From the NCBI RefSeq assembly GCF_006345805.1, contig NC_043025.1, positions 12,028,001-12,092,000 of the forward strand: a stretch of 64,000 nt of DNA, written 5' to 3'. The position numbers and the translations under genes were made by a program. The DNA comes from Octopus sinensis (taxonomy: Eukaryota). The notes beneath the pieces were generated by a model. It did no database searches. It saw only the letters and a program-made list of their open reading frames with translations, and was not told the origin of the DNA. Numbering within the stretch: the stretch's first letter is position 1; each line of letters begins with the position of its first letter. Of the stretch, positions 10,487 to 22,700 are shown in pieces.

Positions 10487-13400
10487 CATCATCATCATTT
10501 AGCGTCCGCTTTCCATGCTAGCATGGGTTGGACGGTTCGACCGGGGTCTGGCAAGCCAGGAGGCTGCACCAGGCTCCAGTCTGATCTGGCAGTGTTTCTA
10601 CAGCTGGATGCCCTTCCTAACGCCAACCACTCCGTGAGTGTAGTGGGTGCTTTTTACGTGCCACCCGCATATCTATTTTTACAAGTATACTTATATATAT
10701 ACACACACACATATATATATATATATGCAAACGAACTAACAAGAGGGTATCTGGTGAAAAGAACTGTTAGAAATAGCAGTCAAATCTCTCTCAGATGTTA
10801 CATTACCAACGAAAGCCACCACCAAAGAGGAAGTCTTTCACTGTTACGATTTATCGATCACTTTCACTAGTAGTACCCCACTTCACTCAGTTGGCAAAAA
10901 TGAGAGGCACCTGTACTTCTAGCGACCAACCTTGTATCGTGCTGATTCTCACCGAGAACTACGTTAAGGGTATGTATGCCTGTGAAGTGCTCTGCCTGCA
11001 CTTTAATTTCACAAGCAGCCTGTTCGGTTGATCAGATCAACAGGTACCCTTGCTACTGTAACAGGTGGATGTGCCAATTGTTTGTTTAACAACAAAAAAA
11101 GAAAAGGCATAATTGTATGAATTCCTGTGTGTAGAACATAATCTTGCAAAATTCCCCCCAAAATAACGTTACGAGATGTTATATGGGGGTGCTCAAATCA
11201 TAATTCTGCCAAAAATCCTGCTGATTCTCTCATCAGGGGTGCTGTACAGTAGATTCCCTCCTGTTACAGGATTGCTCGACCTGCTAGAAATAACAGCCAA
11301 ATATCCCTCCTTTTACACTGCTATCTTAGATATGGACTAGCTCTATGACCCGGCAACGCCGAGTCATAGTGCTAGTCCATGCATATACAGCTGCGTGCGT
11401 GCACACATACACGCGAGTACTGTCCAAATCTCTGACCAATCACATTCAGCTAGCTGGCATTCAATTGGCGTATCAAGTTTCGGGCATTTTGATTGGGTTT
11501 TGGATAGAAAATTCACAAAAAGTCACTTCTATTGATTTTTTAATGGCTTTGCAGGGTGACTGGGGAAATGTAAAGACGTGCACGACCACCTTTGGACGGT
11601 TTTGAATGACCAAAGAAAGTGCAAGCCCTCTAACTGAAAAATTATGGATTTGTATAAAGGACACACACACACAGACATTTTGCCATTTATATATATACTA
11701 GCAGTATCGCCCGGCGTTGCTCGGTTGTAAGGGAAATAACTATATAAGCATTTTTAGAGAGTTATAGCCAAAAAATGCATTAAAAATTGAAAAAAAATTA
11801 AGGTAAATTTTTTTTTAAATCGTTGACACATCATAGATATTTTTAGAGAGTTACTTCCCTTATATAAAAGCGAAAAAAATGCATTAAAATGGAAAAATAT
11901 GATGGTAAATTTTTTTTAAATCGTAGACTCATCATAGACGCACGCTAATACCCAGAAGGGCTCGATATAAATCACGACTATAAGATACCCGCTTTTGGTT
12001 AAACTGCACCGCAAAATGTGGGAGTAGTTAGGAATCTAAATCGTAGGAGACAGACACACAACTTCACTCTTATATAAAGATGCTTTTTTTTTTTTCAGTC
12101 ATAGAGTTAGATTTATGAAGGTCTTCAGTAGAAAATCCTTCGAATTCTGACTCGCTGCTTGATATAATGAAATTCGTATCCATTTTTTGTCAGAATTAAA
12201 AATTTTGAAAACACATAGAACAAATTTCGGAAAAAAATCTCCCATAATTCACGGAATTAAAATTACACTTCGATTTTTGTACAAAACTGTAGTTGAAGTG
12301 TTTACGAAGTATAATACGTGTTTTCACGAATGTACTAAAGAGATTTGCTCTGATATTCTCATTTAAATATGAATAGGTAAATTCGGGCGGCTTGGTAACT
12401 ATATATAAGTGTCGTCTGTTTATACATAAACACTGTTTCATACTGCAATTATATATACATATATCTATATATAATATTATATAATAAAATATATACAGAG
12501 TAAAATAAAAACCAATTTACCTTTTCTGTCCTCCGTGTGTCTTTGCAAATGTGTTGGAATGATAAGTGAGTTGTGTTTTTGCGCCTTTTTTACTTATAAC
12601 AAACACACACGTGTTTGTATGTAGTTGTATATGTATGTGTATGTGTGTGTGTGAGGAATGACACACACACACTCACGCACGCACACTTGTACATCAATGC
12701 TTTCGGAGTGATATGTTAAAATATTGAGTTTTCTCGAATTTTGTCTTAATTGGGGGTGAAATTGAAAGAAATATATTATGGCATGAGCGAATGGAGTACT
12801 TTGAAAAATCTTAGGTAAATTCTAATTGAAGAAATTGTGTGAGGACTAAATGGTTATGTATTTATTTGTTTCTGTTTGCTGTGTTTTTTTATTTTTTGAG
12901 TAGTGATTTAAATACTTTCAGTTTAGTCTTCCTCAAATCACTCTGTCGCTATTTACTTTCATTTTATTCGTCGCACACTGTGTGTGTGCGTTTGCGTGTG
13001 GTGTAAACCAGACTAAGAAAAGCATTTGACACACACACCAGAATGTGAGTTTTCTGTAAATTTTGCTTAATTGGAGTTTAAATTTTAAAAACTGGACCTG
13101 GCATGACGCGATGCATTGTACTCTTAAAAATGCTAGGTAAATTGTAATTGAAGAAATCCTATATTGTAGATTTGTATAACTCCCAAAGGGAGGCAGATAA
13201 AATCTGCCTTTTATAATAAGAGATATATATATTTAATGGCTTTGCGGGGTAACTGGGGAAATGTAAAGATATGCACGATCACCCTTGGACGGTTTTGAAT
13301 GACCATAGAAAGTGCGAGCCCTCTAACTGAAGAATTGTGGATTTGTATAAAGGACACACACACAGACAGACATTTTGCCGTTTATATATACAGAGACGAC

Positions 13401-13691
13401 ACATTGGAATACTGTCTTCCTGCATATTCCACAAGATGGTCACAGCTGGAATACTTTTGCTTTATAGGTTTCCTTGATTCAGACCCGACTTGAGTGTAAT
13501 TATGATTAAACTAGTGAAAACCTCAACAGAAATAGCAGTCAAACCCTTCTTAATTCATACTACAGTATGTCAAAGGAAGAAAAATTGTATAATGTAAGTT
13601 TACAGGCGAAGGTAAAGAAGATATACACCACCCATTTTTAGTATAACCCTAACCCTAAACACTGGGTGTGCATATTCTTTACCTTTGCCTA

Positions 13692-13734
<43 letters not shown>

Positions 13735-16700
13735 GCACATGAAAAGCACCATCCGAACGTGGCTGGCTTCCGTGCCGGTGGCACGTTAAAAGCTCCAACC
13801 GATCGTGGCCGATGCTGGACACCCCTGGCATGTAAAAAGCACCCACTACACTCGCAGGGTGGTTGGCGTTAGGAAGGGCATCCAGCTGTAGAAACTCTGC
13901 CATATCAGACTGGAGCCTGGTGCAGCCCCTGGCTTCCCAGACCCCGGTCCAACCTGTCCTAGTGCGGAAAACGGACGTTAAACGATGATAATGATGTATA
14001 AAAATATATATATACACATACAAAATGGGACAAGAACGCAAAACATTCAGAAGACAATACAAAAAACACGGACGGGTCATTCGAAGCCTCTAATCTTCAG
14101 TCAAGAACCGGATCATCCTCGCAATTTCGGCTGATTAATCTTGATATCGCTCCGATCCGGCCAGCCCCAAGGAAAAACTAAGCTAAGAGCATAGATTTCT
14201 TGGAAAAAGGATCGAATGTATACGAAACAAGGACAGAAAAACGGACGATGCCACACGAATATAAGATACAAAAAGCAATAATAGTAATAACAGGACAAAA
14301 ACAACAGGTGTCTTTCGACTTAAGACAGTTCAACTTAGCTTAGCTGGCGTATTTGGAAAATAATGCCTTTGCGGCAGACGAAGATAACAATGTTGTCGTG
14401 GCGGTGCTCAGAAGCCGAAAGGCTAGTTGACCGGCAGTCATGTGAGAAGAGAAGAGAGAGAAAAAAGGGGCAAAGGAATCAAAGAGAGAGAGAGAAAAAG
14501 AGGGACAAAGGCATGATCACCGTGACCGACCAGGCTATCAGATGTTACATGGTCATACCAGCACAGTCTTCTCTCTTAATATTTGAAAATCTCCAAAATT
14601 CAAAGAGTATTCGGAATGAGAGAAGCACTAGGAATGGAAAATTCCTGAAAAGATCTGGAAGTTCCCCCACAGTGGTATGTTGTAAATAGGAATGGGATGA
14701 AGTGGCTGGGTCATGTGCTGAGGATGAAGGTGAATGGATGAGAGGAAAAATGTACAGGATAGCAGGCCAAAAATGGATTGTCAAGGGGCCTGCAGAGTTT
14801 AACCCTTTAGCATTCACATTATTCTGTCAAATGCAATAGTTTTTTTATTCTCATTGTTTCGAATTAATCTTGGATTATCTCATAGCTCCAAGATTTCAAT
14901 GATGTGATTGTTTATTTTAAGAATGACATTGTAGGGTAGGTGTGAAAGGCTGGATCTGGCCTTGTTTTGAATTAATCCTGCATTATCTCATTGCCAAGAT
15001 TTCAATGATGAGATTATTGTATTTTTAGAATGACATTGTAGGATAGGTGTGAGAGACTGGATCTGGCCTTGCTTTGAATTAATCATGCATTATCTCATAG
15101 CTCCAAGATTTCAATTACATGATTGTTTATTCTTAGAATGACATTGTAGGGTAGGTGTGAGAGGCTGGATCTAGCCTTATTTTGAATTAATCTTGGATTA
15201 TCTCATAGCTTTGAGGTTTCAATGATGAGATTGTTGATTTTTCGAATGACATTGTAGGGTAGGTGTGAGAGGTTGGATCCAGCCTTGTTTTGAATTAATC
15301 TTGCATTATCTCATATTGCCAAGATTTCAATGATGAGATTGTTGTATTTTTCGAATGACATTGTAGGGTAGGTGTGAGAATCTGGATATGGCCTTGTTTT
15401 GAATTAATCATGGATTATCTCATAGCTCCAAGATTTCAATGATGTGATTGTTTATTCTTAGAATGACATTGTAGGGTAGGTGTGAGAAGCTGGATATGGC
15501 CATGTTTTGAATTAATCATGAATTATCTTATAGCTCCAAGATTTCAATGACGAGATTGCTGATTTTTCGAATGACATTATGGGGTAGGTGTGAGAAGCTG
15601 GATCTAGCCTTGTTTTGAATTAATCATGCATTATCTCATAGCTCCAAGCTTTCAATGATATGATTGTTTATTCTTAGGTTAGATATGAGAGGCTAAATCT
15701 CACCAGTTTGAACATAAAACAAGCAGAGTATTTGGGCTAGATGTGCCCACTATGAATGCCAAAAGGTTAACCCATACTTGTACAAGGATAATGGACAGTT
15801 ATTGTTGTGTGTGATGGTTTTATTCCTCAGTTTCTCTCACAGGGCATTGCTTGACATGAAGCTACATTAACAACAATTTACTCTTGGTGTGGTAATTACC
15901 TTTAATGAAACATGGATGTTCTGTTAAAACAAACCATACTGCAGTCGAAACTGTGAAAGAAATTCTCATATTGGATTTTGGTGCAAAATGCACTCTTGTT
16001 TATGCTGCTAGCAGGGGAGATAATTGTGATTTCGACCTTCATTGGTCTCTTCAGTGAGGGGTGCTCAACTGCTAGAGATAGCAAATTCATCTCCTTACCA
16101 GTGATATATAGACAAACAGTGCCAGAAGAGGCACTGGTGTTGCGATTAGCCAATGCTACACAATAACATGAAATCTTAAATTGCGTCTTACTGCCAGGGA
16201 ATGGGGTAAGAATTTTGGGATCGTTTCGGTTTGAACGGCAGTTTTTTCTAGCGGTGTCATATGAAATTGTCACCCATAATTATGACCCTAGTATCGATCT
16301 ATTGCATTTCAATCTATTTTAGGGTTAGGGGTGGGGAGTAGGGTTTCTTTTTTCTTCACAAATGTAAATAAACCCAATCTGTTTCTTAAACGTGGGACAT
16401 ATTCATTATGCACAGAATGTTTTTACCTCAATAGACGTCATTGATTGGTTGAAATTGCAGAAATTGAAGAAAAAAAACAACAAATATCTTACAAGTAGTT
16501 TGCTAACCAACCACATGGTTCCGGGTTCAGTCAAACTGCGTGGCATCTTGGGCAAGTGTCTTCTGCTATAGCCCCGGGCCGACCAGTGCCTTGTGAGTGG
16601 ATTTGGTAGACAGAAACTGAAAGAAGTCTGTCGTATATATGCATATATATATATATGCGTTTGTGTGTCTGTGTTTGTCCCCCAACATCGCTTGACAACC

Positions 16701-19700
16701 GATGCTGGTGTGTTTACGTCCCCGTCACCTAGCGGTTCGGCAAAAGAACCGATAGAATAAGTACTGGGCTTACAAAGAATAAGCCCCGGGGTCGATTTGC
16801 TCGACTAAAGGCGGTGCTCCAGCATGGCCGCAGTCAAATGACTGAAACAAGTAAAAGAGTAAACCATAGAATTTTCCCAATAAAGCCAAGAGAAAAAAGA
16901 TGTTTTATAAACACATTCTACCAGTATACGAAGTTTAAAATGTTTTAGTTACCTAGAAATTATGTCAAAAAAACTGCCGTTCAAACCGAAAAGATCCGAA
17001 GTTTGAATTATTTTAGGGTGCACGGCCGTGGGGGGGGGGGGAGTTTTGCGGGGTTCCTTTTTTTAAGCCCTTTCTCTCTCTCTCTATTCTTCCTTCCATC
17101 TTTTTTTAACAAATTAATTTTCAGATTTACTGAGCCAAGTAAACATTTGAATGCTTGCTGACATGACCATGGTAAGCTTGGGTAAGATTTTTAACTGAGC
17201 AGTTGTTGAGACGGCCATTAAATCGAAATCAAAAATTCTTTTTTTTTTTTTTTTTTTTTTCCAATTTAAAAAAAAAAAAAATTCTTTCATTTATCATCAC
17301 CATCATAATGACGAAGAATACTTGTTTTTATTCTTTTGTTCGACCTTTATTTTTTCTGTTGTTTTTACCTCAAAATTCGTGCCTTGCTCAGAGCACAGAA
17401 AAAGGAGAGCGCATCGTTTGCTGATGTTGCTTTGTAGCCCCAGGTCAGTCCTGAATGGGAATATTTGCTGATCAAAGGCATACTTGCATTCTAGCCCTTT
17501 TCCAAGACAGTAGAGTGACATATGATGGAGATTTGGCTGCTGTTTTTAGCACATCCACTGACCAGACCCTACGATAAGAATATATAATAACATTTATTGC
17601 TTATTGTCCCACAGTTGAGGGTGATATGCCATTGCTGCTGCGTGCGCTTGGACATCAGAAAACACCGAATAAAGATAATGACCGAACATAGGCGCAGGAG
17701 TGGCTGTGTGGTAAGTAGCTTGCTAACCAACCACATGGTTCCGGGTTCAGTCCCACTGCGTGGCATCTTGGGCAAGTGTCTTCTGCTATAGCCTCGGGCC
17801 GACCAAAGCTTGTGAGTGGATTTGGTAGACGGAAACTGAAAGAAACCCGTTGTATATATGTATATATATGCAGGAGTGGCTGTGTGGTAAGTAGCTTGCT
17901 AACCAACCACATGGTTCCGGGTTCAGTCCCACTGCGTGGCACCTTGGGCAACTGTCTTCTACTATAGCCTCGGGCCAACCAAAGCCTTGTGAGTGGATTT
18001 GGTAGACGGAAACTGAAAGAAGCCCGTCGTATATATGTATATATATGTATGTGTTTGTGTGTCTGTGTCTGTCCCCCTAGTATTGCTTAACAGCCGATGC
18101 TGGTGTGTTTACGTCCCCGTCACTTAGCGGTTCGGCTAAAGAGACCGATAGAATAAGTACTGGGCTTACAAAAGAATAAGTCCCGGGGTCGATTTGCTCG
18201 ACTAAAGGCGGTGCTCCAGCATAGCCACAGTCAAATGACTGAAACAAGTAAAAGAGGTACAGGTGTGGTTGTATGGTAAAAAGCCTCCCAACCACATGGC
18301 TCTGGGTTCAATCTCACCGTGTGGCATCTTGGGCGGGTATCTTGTACTATAAGAATAAGGCCAACCAAAGCCTTGTGAGTGGAATTGGTAGATGGAAACT
18401 GAAAGAAGCTCATTGTATATAAATACACACACAAGACCTTCTGTTTGTGAAGACCTGTTGGGGCAAGTGAAATCGAAATCAAAATTGGACCAAATCCTAT
18501 GACTGGCACCCTAGCGATGCTAGTGCCGCTGGACTGACTCCTGTGCAGGTAGCAAGTAAAGAAACACCGTTTTCAACCCTGTGCTTGAGGAGACTTATTG
18601 AGTCAAGTACATCAACATCAAAAATCAATGGAAATAGTAGTTGTGATCCCTGTGCTGGTGGCACGTAAAAAGCTCCATCCGAATGTGGCCGATGCCAGCG
18701 CCGCCTTGACTGGCTTCCATGCTGGTGGCACATAAAAAGCACCCACTACACTCACGGAGTGGTTGGCGTTAGGAAGGGCATCCAGCTGTAGGAACTCTGC
18801 CAGATCAGACTGGAGCCTGGTGCAGCCTCCATGGCTTCCCAGACCCCAGTCGAACCGTCCAACCCATGCTAGCATGGAAAGCGGACGTTAAACGATGATG
18901 ATGATAACACATTTCTGTGTGTGTGTGTGTTTGTCAGCTGGTGTTGGTTTGTTTATGTCCCCATAGCTTAGCAGTTTAGTACAGTGGCCAACAGAATAAG
19001 TACGAAGCTTTTTTTTAAAAAAAAAGAAAGTACTTGGGTTGGTTCATACAATAAAATATTCTTGAAGGTGGTGCTCCAACATGGCCACAGTCTAATGACT
19101 GAACCAAGTAAAAGATGGAAGATACCTTTTACCTTTTGCATCAGAATCGTATTGTCCTCAGCCTCGTGATTCTAGAAGACTCCTCCTCTCTCCCAACTGG
19201 GGCAGCCATGTATCTCCTTTACAGGAAGACATCAATTTCCTGTTCCTCTGTTATTCTGAACTCATTAGCATTCAGGTTATTCTGACTAATGTAACGTTTA
19301 TTTATTCTCATTATTTCAAATTACCAAAGTGGTGAGCTAGCGGAATTGTTAACACGCTGGGTGAAATGCTTTGCGGTATTTCGTCTGCCGCTATGTTCTG
19401 AGTTCAAATTCCGCTGAGGCCGACTTTGCCTTTCATCCTTTTGGGGTCGATTAAATAAGTACCAGTTACACACTGGGGTCGATATAATTGACTTAATCCG
19501 TTTGTCCTTCCTTGTTTGTCCTCTCTGTGTTTAGCCCCTTGTGGGTAGTAAAGAAATAGGGATTTCGCCCATCACTATGTTCTGAGTTCAAATTCCACCG
19601 AGGCCAGTTCTGGCCTGGAGTCGAGTATTGACACTGTAGCTTGTTTGTGACCTGCTAGAAATAGTAGACAAGTCTTCTCCAAAATAATGCTCTAGTTTTT

Positions 19701-22700
19701 TGAAAAAGAGTCACATTAAGCAATGTGCTTGTATGTATCCACAGAGGGATGTTCATGGTTGGAGTGTCTTTGATCAGTCCTGTTCAGTCAGGAACAGTAT
19801 GGAGCTAAACAATAATTGTAACTATTAATACTAACTTCTATATGGCCCATTCGTGGGGCATTTAGGGAAGTCTCCTAGAAACAGCAGCCAAATCTCCTCA
19901 TAACTGTATGCAATTAGATAGATAAAAGCAAAAATTATATCCAACTATTTAAGAAGCAAACAACCAGGTTTGTGAGATATTTTCTGGGGTCCTAGGTCTT
20001 TACCGCCTTCCTTGGTCCCTTGACTCTTGATGGAGTTGAAGGAGTGTTTTGTCTTCTTGGGCATTTTGAATCTGGGGGAGAGGATGTCTCCCCGTCGTAG
20101 GTGTGAAGAACATGGATGATTTCTTCCAGAGAAAAAAGCGACAGAGAAGGAAGATAAAGAAGGAACGCAAACCCCAGTGCAGGACAAAGATTTATTAAAC
20201 TGAGCGTGAAAGGACGAAAGAAACCATTTTGACCTTGGCAGGATTTGAACTCTAGGACCCAGATGGAAATAACACGAGACATTTACATCTCAACCCTTGC
20301 CAACTCACTACCTATCAAATATCATAGACTAGCAGTATCGCCCGGCGTTGCTCGGGTTTGTAAGGGAAATAACTATATAGGCATTTTTAGAGAGTTATAG
20401 CCAAAAAATAGCAAAAAAATGCATTAAAAATGGTAAATTTTTTTTTTAATCGTTGACTCATCGTAGACATTTTTAGAGAGTTACTTTCCTTATATAATAG
20501 CGAAAAAATGCATTAAAATGGAAAAAATGATAGTAATTTTTTTTTTAAATTGTTGACTCATCATAGACATTTTTAGAGAGTTACTTCCCTTATATAATAG
20601 CGAAAAAATGCATTAAAATGGAAAAAGATGATCTTAAATTTCTTTAGAAATCGTTAACTCATCGTAGATATTTTTAGAGAGTTACTTCCCTTATATAATA
20701 GCGAAAAAAATGCATTGAAAGTGGAAAAAAATGATGGTAAATTTTTTTTTAAATCGTAGACCCATCGTAGACGCGCGCTAATACCCAGAAGGGCTCAATA
20801 TGAATCACGACTATAAGATACCCGGTTTTGGTTACACTGCACCGCAAAATGTGGGAGTAGTTAGGAATCTAAATCGGAGGAGACAGAGTCTCACACACAC
20901 AACTTCAATTTTATATTTAAAGAATATATACGTTTTTTTCTCTTTTTTTCCCCCTTTTTTTCTAAATCTATTTTTATATTAATTTACTAATGCTGTAGTT
21001 AATTAATTTTAATTTTCTAATTCATTTTTAAATTCCATCGTTAGATATAATTTGGTTTTGCTATTAAGATACTTATTTATTATCATTATTATTATTATTT
21101 TTTTTTTTTGCAAAACTTATGAATGCCATTGATGATAAATGTTATAATAATAACAACAACAATAATAATAATAATAATATTTCTGATAAGGATTCCTTAT
21201 ATAATCCATTACTCTGATGATATTGTATTAATGCTTTATTTTATATGGTTTTTATTTTTGTGACGTGTATTGTGCTAGCATCCAAGATCCGTCTCTGACT
21301 GCGTTGTTTTCCTTCTTCGTCGTTAGGTATGATGGGCGAGGTCATCTCTATGACTTGGCGCCGTACGATGCCTCTAGCTGCAATAGCAGCTGCGTCATGT
21401 CTGACGAAGAAAAGCACATCGAGGCCCTTTGTGACAAGGAACGCTATTTGGAACTACACACCGACATGCAGGAACAAGCGCTGTACGAGGGTGAGTATTG
21501 AAGTTTTCCTGTAATCTTTGATAGATCTTTTAGAGAGTTATAGCCAAAAAATGCATTAACCCCTTACCCGGCAGAAACGAATATATGCGTTTTGACCGAA
21601 ATCGTTTTTTTTCTATCACTGGTGAGTTAACTCGTCAAAAGATAGACTCGCCAAAATCGACAGCAAACGAGTTCTTCGTCTATTATAAACTCTTTTTTGA
21701 CATATACGAGTATATTCGCTCACTTTATACGTCTGGCAGTGACGATTTCTGCCACCTTTCGCTTGAGTAAGGCATTGAAGACCGAGTATGATTTAGTCAC
21801 CTGGAGACAGTCGAAGGGTTGGAAGGCACATTTTATGAATAGAAGTATTCACTTTGTTTTTACGTTGTTTTTTTTATACCTTTATATTATAACCCCACCA
21901 TGTCGAGCTCTGATGATGATAGCGATTATGAAGCTTCTCTTGGAGGGTTGGATACATCTGATGAGAGTGAAAGTTCGTCAGAAGAGTTTTATTCAAGTGA
22001 AGAAACTGAAGATGAGGATGAGGTACTGCCCAAAGCGGTAATTTAAAATCAATATTATTGAATTAAAATTCATAATAAATAAGGTTTGAAATATACCTCG
22101 AAATCACCATTCAAAATAATTGTTGGGTAAGGGGTTAAAAATGGGGAAAAAAATTATGGTAAATTTTCATCCAGTGTGTTAACGATTCCGCCAGCTCACC
22201 ACTTTGGTAATTTGAAATAATGAGAATAAATAAACGTTACATTAGACAGAATAACCTGAATGCTAATGAGTTCAGAATAACAGAGAAACAGGAAATTCCC
22301 TTATTCTTTCAGACTAACACTTCATTGCGGCATCAAATTTAGCATCTTTGGATTTACTGTGGAGAAGAAGAAAGAATTGAGATACATACATACATACACA
22401 AAGAGCAAAGTAAATGGGCGGAGGACAGACAAACGGATTAAGTCGATTACATCGACCCCATTGCGTAACTGGTACTTAATTTATCAATCCCTGAAAGGAT
22501 GAAAGGCAAAGTCGACCTCGGTGGAATTTGAACTCAGAACTTTGCCTTTCATCCTTTCGGGGTCGATAAATTAAGTACCAGTTACGCACTGGGGTCGATG
22601 TAATCTACTTAATCCGTTTGTCTGTCCTCTCTGTGTTTAGCCCCTTGTGGGTAGTAAAGAAATAGGTATTACTTTGTAAATTTCGGTAGCATTTGAGCTC

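Noticed and set aside
12105-12200. Minus-strand acidic peptide [22 protein letters not shown]
   Set aside because: Resembles a DNA-transposase N-terminus, but is too short and has no identifiable TIRs.
14060-14110. CTGAAGA...CGAA hammerhead-like motif on the minus strand
   Set aside because: GAAA is broken and stem I does not pair.
15978-16166. 62-aa hydrophobic ORF in intron 1
   Set aside because: No recognisable homology or supporting splice phase; kept only as part of the unique island around the candidate poison exon.
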